A stretch of 63,424 bases of DNA, filler included, from Octopus bimaculoides (GCF_001194135.2; 5 parts of 5 records of this genome joined end to end with filler, not necessarily neighbours in it), one strand, 5' to 3'; shown: positions 24,480 to 37,415, numbered from the whole stretch's first letter. Translations and numbers: made by a program. Notes: generated by a model from the letters alone, not told the origin.

Positions 24480-24700
24480 GAGATGATAGCGGTGGCGATG
24501 GCAGCGACTGTGATGGCGGTGGTTGTGGTAGTAGTGGTGATAATGGTGGTTCTGGCGATGGTGGTGGTCGTCGTTGCCGTTATTGTTGTTGTAGTGGTGG
24601 TGGTGGTGGTGGTCGTCGTCGTCGTCATCGTCATCGTGGTGGTGGTGGTGGTGGTGGTCATCGTTGTCGTCGTCATGATTTTTGCCGATGGTGGTGCTAA
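24480..24700. repeat. GGT/GTC trinucleotide low-complexity tract
   Basis: Mixed ggt/cgt/gat triplets that give poly-V, poly-T and poly-H ORFs. Confidence 0.9.
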
Positions 24701-25124
24701 TCCTTATAGTTGTCATGGTGGCCATGATCGTAATGTCGTAAGAGTGTGCTTATAGGATTAAGAACGTGTTTTGCAGCCATGCCATTCCAGTTTCAAACCT
24801 GCTACACGCCACGCCAGGACATTCTACTGTTTCCCGTTGTAGCCTATGATTGCCAAAAGCCCTGTGAGTAAAATTTGATTGATATATAGACATGTCTTGC
24901 CTTACGATAACCGCTATTACAACCGCGCATTTACCTCGTACACGAGCCTCTACCATTAGCAATATCATGTTATCTCACAATATCAATTATACTTCTGCAG
25001 TTATAAACTTTGCAAATTCCTGGTATTTAAGGACAAAGATATCAGACTCTGGTATAATAAAATGGTTCGGCCAAAAAGCTTTCGGCGATAATATCGATTT
25101 CAAATTTTGCCACATGGTCAGTAA

Positions 25125-25305
25125 TTTTGAGGGTGTGGTAGGTTGATTACCCCGACACCAGTGTTCAACTGGTACTTGTTTAGTTCGACCCCGAAGGGAT
25201 GAAAGGCAAAGTTGATCCCGGTGACATTTGAACTCAGAACGTAGAGACGGACGAAATGCTGATAAGCATTTTTCCCAGCGTGCTAACGACTCTACCCGCT
25301 CGCCG
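25125..25305 (-). mobile_element. SINE family A
   Basis: Reverse complement of ...gttagcacgctgg...tctgagttcaaat...actttgcctttcatccc...ggggtcgaac...gtaccagtt. Confidence 0.85.
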
Positions 25306-25733
25306 GTCTGTCCAAGAAATGAAAAAATTGTTGATGCTCAGGATAGAAGGCAAAATCAAAGGTGTGTCCATAAACCTACTAACAATTCAAGCAAAGGCTG
25401 GAAGTAATTCTGGAAACTTTGAAGGAACTAAGAGGAAATGAATACAAGGAAAATTTTCACGCAAGTAATAAATGGTTTAGATGCTCCAGGTCAAAAAAAA
25501 AAAAACACGCTCTTTAATATTTGAAAATTAAGTAAATTCGCCACTCCTGGTTGACCAGTATCTTGTGAATGAAATTTGTTAGACTTACAAGCACCACCTT
25601 AGGACCTATGAGACTTCCAACAACTCACTTTTACAGCTACGTATACTTCCGTGCACGCAAGCACCTCCTAATAACATAACGTTATTTTTTCTGGGAATCA
25701 CTTAAAATCAGATATGACTGAGAAAAGGAGAAG

Positions 25734-26133
25734 CAACGAATGCTTATAATAATCAAGAAGTTTATTGATGCAACGAATGTTTATGGTAGTCGCTAAGTGT
25801 AATGGTACAACGAATGTTTATAGTGTTCGAGAAGGTTATTGGTACCTCGAATGCTTATGGTAGTCGAGAAGGTTATTGGTACGAATGCTTATAGTAGTCG
25901 AGAAGATTATTGGCACAACGAATGCTTGTTGTAGTCGAAAAGCTTATCGGTACAAAGAATGCTTATGGTAGTCGAGATTATTGGTAAAATGAATGCTTAT
26001 AGCAGTCGAGAAGGTTATTGGTACAACGAATGCTTATGGTAGTCGAGAAGGTTATTGGTACAACGAATGCTTATGGTAGTCGAGAAGGTTATTGATGTAA
26101 TGAATTGTTATAGTAGTCGAGAAGGTTATTGGT
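25734..26133. repeat. 37-bp minisatellite, about 11 units
   Basis: Consensus caacgaatgcttatggtagtcgagaaggttattggta in direct tandem with no spacers. Confidence 0.95.
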
Positions 26134-26139
26134 GCTTTG

Positions 26140-27200
26140 GATAAGTTAATCAGGAGAGAGTATTTAGTAAAACAGTGTTTCGGTGTGGATGAGAATCGTT
26201 TATATTGAAACCAGATTTATGGACTTTAAAGAACGTATGACCCTGTTGCTGGAGGGAATGTCACTGGATATAAACTCAAACTATTTCTCATTTACTATTC
26301 AAAAAATCCTTGTGGGTTTCAAGATATAAAGAAATACACGCTTCCCATCCAATTTTGATGAAAGAAAAATTTGAATCATTCAAGTTTTGTTTGAAAACTT
26401 ATATTCAAAATGTTTTATTCAAAATATAAAAGGATACTACCCCGAAAAAGACATTTTGCTTAAGATCTTATTACCTGGAAATGCACCTGGACTTCCGCTT
26501 TATTTAGAGCCTACGAAAAGAGGGCAAGAGTAGTTTAGATACATCAATCATTCGATTGATGGACCATGGGGCTTTAGAAACATTTAAAGCTTATTTTCTT
26601 CGATCAACATTTGTCCAGTGTGTAGCGTTAACAGCTGATGAGGCAACAGATTGTTTTGGATAAATTACAACGTTCTTCATTGTATTAAGATTATTGTAGC
26701 AGCTTAGGGGAATGTAATTTTTAAGTGCATGGATGGTAGATGGAACATTGTCTCAAATGTTGCATTAATACATTGGCAGATGTTGATGAAAAGGGATTTG
26801 CTGTGAGTAAAAGGAACATTAGGAAATTGGCTAATAGTTTTCAATTAGAAGTAGAAGTGGAAATTGTAGAACAGTCATTGGACTACGATTTAAAAGAACT
26901 ATCAAACGAGAATGTTTCTGAATTAAAAGCAGAGACAATTGCACGGGAAGGAGAAAGGTGGGGGAAAAGAAAGGAAGGAGACAAGACAAGGAAGTCGTTC
27001 AGTGCAGAGAGGTTGATAAAATTTATTCTTTTTTTAATAAGGATAATTTCCGTTTGGAACAAGTGGACAACGCTGTTCCGTTTGGAACAACGTTGAACGA
27101 TTCACCGAGATCGATAGAAACATTCAGAAAGCGAAAGAAAAATATACGGAGATAAAAAGAAAGATCCGATTCGAAAAAGATCACAAGCACTCCGTCTTCA
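26140..27200 (+). mobile_element. Decayed Tigger/pogo-family (DDE_1) transposase
   Basis: Pieces CFGVDENRLY, KERMTLLL, NVTGYKLKLFLIYYSKNPCGFQDIKKYTLP and MDHGALETFKAYFLRSTF, then a C-terminal ORF at 26740-27096. The order matches TIGD/Tigger transposases. Stops and frameshifts are present. Confidence 0.8.
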
Positions 27201-27794
27201 AACCCCTAACCCCTCAACACAAGATTCTAAGTTAAATTTGGTGCTAGAAATCGATAAATTTTAAGTTTTCAGAGACGCAAATTCAGTATTAAGACTGTTT
27301 CAAGCTGTCTTTATAAACTTACCACTATCTACAACTATTGATGTCACAAGCTGACTACGCACATTTACCACTACGACTATGGCTATCTCAAGTTTGCTGC
27401 GGGCAATTCATTTATTTCAAGACTTGAGTTTACAAATTATTTTTGCTGTTTTTGATCTATTTTGCATAGTACTTATGTATTATGCAGTCCTTTATTTATA
27501 ACAAAATGTGTTTGACAAGTAATTCTCGTGTTTTGGGGTTTTTTTCTCTTTTTTTTTTCATTTTTCCATGTGATAAAATACTGTTACACTTTAAACTAGT
27601 TTATTTGGTTTCAACCTGAGAGCAATAATCATGCTGGAGCACCACTGTCTATAAGACACATTAATAAGTAAATATTTCTGTTTTGTTATGTGTTTGAAGT
27701 AAAATTTTGCATTTTTCATTCGGACCGTTAAGTTCAGGATACAGACGTTAAAAAAAGATAAAGGAAAAAATGTTTTATTATTATGTAATATAGT

Positions 27795-27915
27795 ATAGAG
27801 CTGAATGAATCCTTGCATTCTGAGATGAAATCCCAATGAGGTCAACTTTGCTTTACATCCCCTCGGGGTCGATAACTTAAAATACAGTAATATATAGTCG
27901 ATTTAGTCGAGTAAA
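27795..27915 (+). mobile_element. SINE family A fragment
   Basis: tgaggtcaactttgctttacatcccctcggggtcgataa. Confidence 0.65.
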
Positions 27916-29899
27916 CCTTCCTACTAAAATTGTACATAATAGCAATACCTATAAAAATAACTCCGCTCGCCACCGAAAAAGAAAACGTTGAATACGCATC
28001 TTCATGTTACGTCCCTATTGAGTTAGGTCCGGTATTTTGGAAAAGAACCTGGTCGTAAGTCTAGGAATATTGTTGGTGCGAATGTGTGCATCCTGTCTTT
28101 GTGCTATTCACATTAGTTAGAAAACCGATTAACCGGTGCGTTCGAACAAAAATGCTTGTGTTATATATAGGTTTGTCAAATTTATGGTGTTTCTGTTGCT
28201 TACTATGATAAATAGTATCTATTTACAGCTAGGTGCAGCAGGTCACTTGACATTAAGCAACAAAGACAAAATACAACATTCATCGTCAGACTAGTTCAAT
28301 TTTTTAAGCCATAATTCAGTGAGTCAACTCTATCTCTCTCGCTCTCTTTCTCTCTCTCTCACACTTTCTTTCTATCTCTATCTATCTATCTCTATTTATC
28401 TATCTATCGCTCGCTCTCTCTTGTGCATCTGTTAAATACTTTTTACTTAAGTAAAAGAGAACTATGTATTGGCAAAAATTTCATACTGTTGGACTTTATG
28501 ACTTAAGGTCTCATAACGTCCTAGGTTCAAATCCAACTTTCATTGCTGATAAAATATGTACCAGTAACATATTAGAGATTAAAACCATATGGGTGTCCTT
28601 TACTTAAAAAATATTAACTTAATATCTAATCAAAATAAATCAATATTAATTTATTGTAAGAAACAGTTTTCTACATAGGATTCCTTTAACAGCCACCAAT
28701 AAGATAATGCTGAATTTTCCTCAGTGTGCAACAGACAATTATATTTCCATAGAGTATAAAGCGGAGTCTTCTTTCAAATCACCCAGCAGTGTTTAACTAA
28801 GAACTACAAAATATTTTCCATTGGTGCTTCCATTTCGTCTATTTAGGCCGATCGCTTACAACATTTTCTATGATTAGATAATAATGATGATCAATGAGCA
28901 CATTTATCACACTATTCGATGGATAAGGAAATGACAGTCATCGGAACTTTTCGTCTATTTTGCCGTCATCGGCAACCTTTAACTTTTGAAATTTGTCCTC
29001 TATAACTAAGTTTGCTTTCAGAATTTCCTTAAGAACCTGTTTATTCGACAATAGATCATTCTAGAACAAAAACAGAAGCTGCTTTGACACTTGCCATTGA
29101 TTCTTGGCATCAGCAACATCAAAATCTAATTAAGAGCATTGGCAAACTGTCTGGAAAGTTGTAGAATTCGGTTTATAGATATACGTTATCACTACGTGTA
29201 AATTAGATTTTATTGTTCATGTTATTTCTGTTGAAATACGATTGAACAGGATTTCATCGGTTGATTTGTTCTTTGGTCTATGTAAGGTCACTGGATCATC
29301 CCTGATAAGAGATTTCCTGGGATTTTACATAGACGTTGGAGCCAACCAGTTCTGGTAACAATTTAGTAGATTCAGTTGCAAAATAATTACTAATCACACC
29401 TCTAACAAATTTCGATTCTATTTATATGTAGATATTTATCTTTGTTCATTTATTCCAGCATCAATTATTTCGGAGATGATTTAGTTTAACCAAGACGCTA
29501 ACATTCAGAATTTATTGTAGAAATTGTTAATATTGTCTTTTTTTTTTTTTTTTTTTTTTTNNNNNNNNNNNNNNNNNNNNNNNNNNNNNNNNNNNNNNNN
29601 NNNNNNNNNNNNNNNNNNNNNNNNNNNNNNNNNNNNNNNNNNNNNNNNNNNNNNNNNNNNNNNNNNNNNNNNNNNNNNNNNNNNNNNNNNNNNNNNNNNN
29701 NNNNNNNNNNNNNNNNNNNNNNNNNNNNNNNNNNNNNNNNNNNNNNNNNNNNNNNNNNNNNNNNNNNNNNNNNNNNNNNNNNNNNNNNNNNNTTGTGCGT
29801 ACAATCTTTACATATATACATTTATATACTCACAAATATACAAAAACATACATAACTTACAGTCACACCTCACATATGTAGATATGTTTGTGTACGTGT

Positions 29900-29943
<44 letters not shown>

Positions 29944-30130
29944 GTATGTATGTATGTATGTACGCATCTATGTATGTATGTTTCTGTCCATATATGTATA
30001 TGTGTATATATATACATACTGGTAAGTTACGTAATTCTGTTACACGCGTTTCATTATAGTATAGGAAATACATTATGAATATAAATATTAATAATTAATT
30101 GTAATATTATAAATATAAGAACTTCACAAT

Positions 30131-30353
30131 TGGGCGGGGGGGGGGCTGAAATGCTCCTGGTTTTCTGTAAAAGAAAACACAGGAAGATCGGTTTATTATG
30201 ATTTTATTCAGCATATTCTCCCTCTCAGATTCACACACAATGCAGCAGTCCTCCAATTGTTTTAAGCCCTGTAAAAGACCTCGAAAGTTTGGGCCTTCAA
30301 CCAGGCCTTTCGCGATACCCTTGAATCCGGGAACTTTTCAGCACTCCCTCGTA
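30131..30353 (-). mobile_element. Mariner-derived MITE (~220 bp)
   Basis: Right TIR ccgggaacttttcagcactccctcgTA 30327-30353 and degenerate left TIR 30131-30160. The interior matches 61648-61867 in the opposite orientation. Confidence 0.8.
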
Positions 30354-30452
30354 CATGTATGAAACATGTATAGGATCTCCTCTCCGTAATACTTCAGACA
30401 CAGATTCAAAAATAATACCAAACTTTCCAGTCTTTACTTTAATATATACGGT

Positions 30453-30660
30453 AACCTAGCAGAAACGTTTTTGCGTCGGATAATATGCTTAGCGGCATCT
30501 CGTCCTTCATTACCTAGTGAGTTCAAATGTCACCGAGGTCGACTTTGCCTTTCCATCTTTTGGGAATCGATGGAATTAATACCAGTCATGTACTGAGGTC
30601 GATGTAATCAACTTTACCCTGCCTCCGAGCATCCGAGTTTTGTGCAAAAATTTGAAACCT
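30453..30660 (+). mobile_element. SINE family A, near full length
   Basis: agcagaaacg...tgcttagcggc...gagttcaaat...ccgaggtcgactttgcctttc...gtgcaaaaatttgaaac. Confidence 0.85.
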
Positions 30661-30774
30661 TATTCTGAAGGAATTTCAACTAGTATATATGACATAATCA
30701 TTTAAAATAAAACATCTACATACTTATTTTTGGTTACTGGAATGTGCAGATGTGCTTCACGAAGACATAGTTTC

Positions 30775-31118
30775 GATTATAACCCCGGTGTATGGTTCTG
30801 TTGGGCACACAGTTATGAGATAGTGAGTTCGATTCCCGGACCGGTTTGTGTGTTGTGTTCTTGGGCAAGACACTTTCTTTTACCGTGTTCCAGTTCACTC
30901 ACCTGTAGAAATGAGTTGCGACGTCTCTGGTGCCAAGATGTATGGCCTTTGTCTTTCCCATGGACAACATCGATGGTGTGGAGAGATGAGGCTGGTATGC
31001 ATGGTCGATAGCTGGTCTTCCAGAAGCAACCTTGCCCAAACTTGTGCCTCGGAGGGTAACTTTGTAGGTGCAATCTCATGGTTATTCATGACCGAAATGG
31101 GTCTTTACCCTTACCCTT
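30775..31118 (+). mobile_element. tRNA-derived SINE (family C-like head)
   Basis: B-box-like gagttcgattcccggaccgg followed by gtgttcttgggcaagacacttt. Ends ctttacccttaccc. Confidence 0.7.
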
Positions 31119-32537
31119 TATAAGCAATACACACACACACACACACACACATAGGTAGCTGGAATATCCAGGTATCACCCGATGTCAGGATTCGCTTGAA
31201 TATTTCCCAAGTGATCAACAAAATCTGACTAATCACAATCTTGCATGGAATAAGCTCCAGCAACGATTTCGTCTTTTAGTGCGTTTTCTTCTGAGCCTAT
31301 CAACCAGTATAAATTCGACACACGGTAACTACTGGACTGAGAGTTTTTGAGATGCAGTAGAGAGGGCATTGATGAACACTGTAGGGGATGGCCAACATAG
31401 ATAGTGGTCAACAGCTGACAACACAAAGACAATAAACAGTCTGAGTACGAAAGACACTAGAAGTCAGTAGCACGCCAAGCAACTAACCAAATTTATCTGC
31501 TGTTACAGCTACACCAAGATCATTAACATTCAAAATTCTCTTGTCGTTCGTTGTTACATTTGTTTTGTGTACGAAAAGTATAATATTTTGTTTATCAAAA
31601 ATCGCAACAAACTCGTCGCCTTATTTTTCGTAGGATTAGTGACCTCCGACGCTAGAAATAGCAGTCAGCACTAGTAGCACATGCATATTTATATATATAT
31701 GTGTGTGTATGTGTGTTTCTCCGCGTACTTATATATTACTTCCATTATATATGTATTATAAAATATATATATATAAAGATATATATATATANNNNNNNNN
31801 NNNNNNNNNNNNNNNNNNNNNNNNNNNNNNNNNNNNNNNNNNNNNNNNNNNNNNNNNNNNNNNNNNNNNNNNNNNNNNNNNNNNNNNNNNNNNNNNNNNN
31901 NNNNNNNNNNNNNNNNNNNNNNNNNNNNNNNNNNNNNNNNNNNNNNNNNNNNNNNNNNNNNNNNNNNNNNNNNNNNNNNNNNNNNNNNNNNNNNNNNNNN
32001 NTGTATATACATATATATATATGTATGTAGGGATTATATCAAAATGTAATAAAACTTTACGACAAAGTTGCAGAAACTTTTGCTTTCGTTTGTATTTTTT
32101 TCTTTAGACAGCTTTATCTATTTTAATAACAAACTCTTTAGCCGGAAGTGTCTAATTCTTTTTTTTTTCTGATAATCCGGTTACTGGACTGTCACATGTG
32201 TTCTAATACTTGGAAAATGCTTATACGTTAGCGTTTTATAAAATGACATTTCTGGGAGGCCTATTTTTTCTAAGTTTGGACGTGTCAATTACAAACAACG
32301 CGGTGTATCACGGCTGACAGTTGTATCATAGGTTCGCCGTCACTGATCTTATACTTATGGGTTGAGTATGCTGTTCGCAGGATTAAAACACTGGTTCCTT
32401 TGAGCCAAAACGCGTCCTCCTCTGTAAGCGTTGATATTACTTCCATTATAATTCCTGCTTTCTATTGTTTTTTTCTCCCCTTACTCCTAAGATCAAGATC
32501 CTTATAAATGTCTGGATGTGTTCGTGTATTTATGTGT

Positions 32538-32623
<86 letters not shown>

Positions 32624-33489
32624 AAATGCTTGCATGTGACTATTAGGAATTTATATAAATCTCCATTATAAATATATAAACGCTTTCTATGTGTGTGTGT
32701 ATGGATCAAGACACTAGTTTTAAACGTGATGTTAGTCTTCAGCCATTTTGAATTTGAATGAAACGAGTTGATTGTAATTACCGTAAGTTGGGCTGCGATT
32801 GGTCGAGGAAAATCACGTGGGGTTGTGGTTTGATGTTGGTATATCGGTATATCAACGACATCAGATAGTTGGAAAATACCGCATGGTGAACAGAAAATCG
32901 ATCGCGTAATGGACAGGAATCGACTGCGTGGTGGACAGGATCTCGGTCTGATTGCTGGAGGGGAAATAGAAAGGGGAAGTATGTGCAAGTATATAGTTGT
33001 ATACGTGGGCGTGTGGATGCGCTCATATGGTTTTGCGTGCATGTTTGTATTGATGCGAGCGTGCGCATTTGTACATGGGCAAGCACGCGCTACTCCCCAC
33101 CCACCCCCGCGAACACATATGAATGGACATGCGCGCGCACACTTACACACGTACACACGCACAGAAACATATACGTGCACACACATGCATGCACATGTAC
33201 GCACACACGCACATACTTGCGTATTCATTTATATGTATATATGTATATATGCATGCATGCATGTACGCATGCATATTAGTGTGTGCGTGCGCATGTGTAA
33301 TCGCGAGGGCGCATTCATGAGTATACATGTGATAACAATCGTTGGGGAATGGTAAGCACTGGGACTCGGTAAGCTTTGGAGATTGGTAAGCGTTTGGGGA
33401 TTGGTAATTTTCGGTCCTACTCATGGGATTGGTTGGTGACGATGACCTTGGTGCAGGCGCTGCAAATTAGCAGCTGGTACTGAGGTGGT

Positions 33490-34165
33490 TTATCCAGGTT
33501 GTCGGTAATCAGAGGCTTGAAATTTGTCAGAAGGGCATACCTCTAGTGACAGCAGTAAGATAAATCGTATTACTTGTTGACGGATACTGCGGATTGTTGG
33601 AGGACATGCAGTTTTTCGCGAAGACATAGCTGGCAGTTGGGGGCGCCGGGTGAATATGGTGATGCTCTGTCGACAATAGTCTATTTGGGGCTGGGTATTT
33701 CGTCCCGGAGGTCACGGAGTCTCCACAGAAAACGAAACAAGGAAGTAGTATTCTCTCTGTCTCTGGATCTAAACGAGTGCATATGCTGAGAGTATCTTCC
33801 TTTGAAGTCATTAGGTATCATACCCGTATAGTGCCTAGTAATGCTATCGGATGGTGTAAGGGTGGCTCTGTATACTACGACCCTTGAGAGGCAGGATCCT
33901 TCTAGAAGGCACATGGTGGGGATTCAGAATTTGCAAGTTGGGGTTGGGGGTGGTGTGGATGCATTTTGAAGTCTGTTGATGCATGCGATGTTAGATGCGA
34001 AGTTGTTTAAGCAGGTGTAGCTCACATTGACGTTATGAAGGTTGAAGAATTTGTGATACTTGTGGCCTTTGTGTTTCTTAATTAACGACAGAAAGCCACT
34101 AGCTACGTTGATGGAAACTTCTAGATTGAAAGTGGCGGGCTTATACCATATAATTTTTCCTTTTC
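33490..34165 (-). mobile_element. Penelope-like element C-terminal fragment (post-RT region and GIY-YIG endonuclease)
   Basis: KIIWY...VSINVASGFLSLIKKH...HKFFNLHNVNVSYTCLNN, then CLLEGSCLSRVVVYRATL...YTGM...FKGRYSQHMHSFR...TSL and CQLCLREKLH. Confidence 0.9.
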
Positions 34166-34334
34166 CTAATCAAATGGTGTAGATATGTAACCATATTTTA
34201 AAAAGTCCGACTTACACAGAATAGAAATAATATCAGGAATTAAATGGGTTGAATAAGAATTTTACGAGTCCAACAGCTGTTTCTGGGGGCTTGACTTTAC
34301 ATTTGAGGTGTTCACACATTGGAGTTTAAAGATT

Positions 34335-34585
34335 CCATGTGTGTATGCGTTTCAAAAAGGATCAAAGCTCCTTTCCGAGCCACAGGTTCATAGTCCTGTC
34401 TCCCTAGATTTTGTGGAACGCCAATCTGTCGCATGATTACTCGTTTTGCCAGTTAAATGTACTGGAAGCAACGTGAAATAAAGAGCTTTGCTTAAGAACA
34501 AAATCTATCGCCCGACCCAGGTATTGAAACCACAATTTTACGATCAAGAGGGCAACACCATAAACATTAAGCCTCATATTCCTCC
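34335..34585 (-). mobile_element. tRNA-derived SINE (family C)
   Basis: Reverse-complement homolog of 35133-35392. Confidence 0.7.
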
Positions 34586-35132
34586 TTTTCACACTTGTGG
34601 CTGCTTCATTGGATCTTATTCATGCTTCAACTCACTTCGGCCATAGGTTTCATCCATCATCTGTCTTTCGTTAAACATGTTATATCTTAATTTAATAGTT
34701 ATTTTCATTTCGTGTTACCTATATGCACACGCTGTGCATACTTACTACACGTCGTGCATATATTTTCTCTTGTGTTTTCCTATATTGTCGTACACTTGTC
34801 CTCTTCTCAAGTAAACACGCTGCACTACATCTTGCCCTATTCTTTTGTTATTGTCCTGATTCACTAAAATTATCTTTATAACTACTGGAACACTGAAGAT
34901 AGCAGCCTTGTTAATGTATAGAAACAGCTAACAACTGACGGGAACATATATATTTGTGCTCTTGGTGTATTTTCTTTTTCTTATTCGTTTGTTTACTCTT
35001 GTACTGACTATTGACCCATCGCTCTTACGTCTAACATCTCCAAGTTTATGGAAACAGCTATTAACACTGACGTTTTTGTTTATCTCGAATATCACTTTCT
35101 CTCCACAGTGTCAACGAATACGGCTTCCGCAG

Positions 35133-35392
35133 ACCTACAGGTGGAGGCCCGAGGCTTAGCGGTTAGAGTTTTGCACTCATGATCGTAAGATTGTGGTTTT
35201 GATTCCTGGACCGGGCGTTGCGTTGTGTTCTTGAGCAAAACACTTCATTTCACATTGTTGCAGTCCAATCAGATGGCAAAAATGAGTAATTCTATTACAG
35301 ACCGGCGTCCTGTCCAGAAAGTGGGGTAGGGATATATGTCATGGAAATCGAGAAACCAGCCTTATGGATCTATATGGCTCGGAAGGAATTAT
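35133..35392 (+). mobile_element. tRNA-derived SINE (family C)
   Basis: A-box-like ggcttagcggttag and B-box-like ggttttgattcctggaccggg, then gtgttcttgagcaaaacacttcatttcac...tatggctcggaagg. Confidence 0.8.
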
Positions 35393-35469
35393 AATCTTTA
35401 TATTCAAACCCAGAGCAACTAGAGACCTCTCTTATATCACTCCCTTGCCGGCTCTCCCATTAGAGAAAT

Positions 35470-35790
35470 TTAACGAAAACAATGTTATTAGACATCAGTA
35501 AAGCCTTCGACAATATCTGGTATGTAAATCTACTATAAAAAAAACTGCCAGCTACGGGCTTCATCCAGCTCTCATTTTTTGGGAAGATGGCTCCTTATCA
35601 GATCGCACCATCATGACATGTGTTGATGGGGCTCTTTCTGTCCCACTGGTTCAGTACTGTCCCAACTTTCTTCCTTCTTATTCATCAATGACATACAAGG
35701 CCCACTCTTGTGCAGATGACGCAACTCTTCATTCCTCCCTAACTTTCTTTAACTATGCGTCAGCCACACGCAACCTAGAAAACACGTCAA
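35470..35790 (+). mobile_element. LINE RT fragment (L2/CR1-clade-like), internally deleted
   Basis: LLDISKAFDNIW, SYGLHP, SLSDRTIMTCVDG, GSVLSQL..LFINDI and ADDATLHSS, with frameshifts. Confidence 0.8.
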
Positions 35791-37254
35791 ACAAGCCAAG
35801 TTCGGTTAATTCACCGTCATCAGTTCATCACTGTTTTTTGTTTGTTTGTTTGTTTGTTTTTTCTTGTTTTGTTTTAGGTTTGTTTTGTTTTTTTGTTTTT
35901 TTGCAATAAAATAGTTTTTAATAATTAATGGTTACTATGGATATATTTTCTCGGTAAACTTTCCTCGCGGTGAACTTTTTTCTCGGTGAATTGATGGCGG
36001 TTAACCTTCCTTGCGGTGAACTGATGGCAGTGACCTTGCTTGTAATCCAAACGTGCATTGATTTCATAAACAGAGACTCTGGCGCCAATTAAATAGCATT
36101 TTCACGCAAGAATTGAAAACCTAACTCTCTATCAAGACAATTACCAGCATTTGAACGCGATTTTGTGGAAAATTCTGGATGCCATTGTAAATACCCATAT
36201 CTAAAACTGACATCTTGCTCGAACACCATTATTTAATGGTCGGTTATGAATAATTGATCAGTGGAGCGTGATCACGGTACAGCTAAGGGACGTAACTAGT
36301 GACCCTGTGGTATATATTTATTTCCCTTGAAACTCAGTGCTCAAAACTCATCGAGATTGACTTCATTCTTCACTCTTGCCCGCCCCTAGAGTCTATATGA
36401 TAAGCACTAACAATAATATAATCCTTTACTGATATCAGCCATCCAACTATAACTATGTGATATTGGAATCGATTTAATCGACTATCTCCTCCCCTTTAAT
36501 TTGTGGCCTTGTATCGATGCAAGGAATCAATATTTATCAGATAGCCAGCTTTTAGGTTTTAAACTCTAGTTCATTAGGAAAGACTGAAGCTACTTGAAGT
36601 TTAAAGAGAAAGGGATAGCTATTTTATAGCCGGTTAGTAGAATCTCAATTACCATACTACAGGTAATCTCTAAGGATGTTCATTTATGTGAGACAATATC
36701 TCCAGAAAAATAAAATGGAAATTTTCATCAGATTTTATCGATTTGTTCTTTTTATCTCTCTAACATGATAAGACAGTGAAAGTTCAAATCCTGGTCAAAC
36801 AATAAACTCACTGTATTTATGTTTTACGACCAAACAAGCAAAAATAGTTTATAAAGAGTCATTGTTACAGTAATAATAAACATTCTCTAGAAGAACTTCA
36901 TCATTAACATAAGTAATGTTATCAAAGCAAAGCATTTAACGTCCAAAATGTAAGAATCTATTATATGTGACGGCTTCAGGCAAAAGCCTGAAACAGACCT
37001 TGTGACGGCTCTTGAGTAATGACTATCGCTTGCCAAGAGAAAGAGTTAGTGTGCTACAGATTACACTACCGAGCCTTTGCCCTTCCAGTCACCTCATATC
37101 AACCACCATAATTTAGATACGGTGTTCGAGATTTTTCTAACATGTTAAGGCAGAGAAAGTTCAAATCTTGATCAAGCAATAAACTTATTTGACCAGAGAC
37201 TTGGTGGTATCTGAAATTAGTGATCTACTATCTAATGCCATTTTACAATAAAAG

Positions 37255-37415
37255 GACTGATCATATCCTGGGATCTACAGGGTACAGTATAAATGGTCCT
37301 CACTTATAACCCTTTCAAAATGCGGCAGAATTTAAACTCAGAAGGTAAAATGCTGAAAGAAATGTTACTTAGCATTTGCTCTGGCGTAGTAACGATTCTG
37401 CTAGCTCGCCTCCTT
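37255..37415 (-). mobile_element. SINE family A (degenerate)
   Basis: cggcagaatttaaactcagaa...cttagcattt...aacgattctgctagctcgcc. Confidence 0.65.

Noticed and set aside
25734-26133. CRISPR-like periodicity (37 bp)
   Set aside because: Units are contiguous with no unique spacers, there are no cas genes, and the context is eukaryotic.
31150-31420. Possible RTE LINE 3' fragment
   Set aside because: Only vague resemblance; no diagnostic motif is intact.
35795-35826. Minus-strand CTGATGA-CGGT...ACCG-AAC
   Set aside because: GAAA is incomplete and stems I and III do not form.
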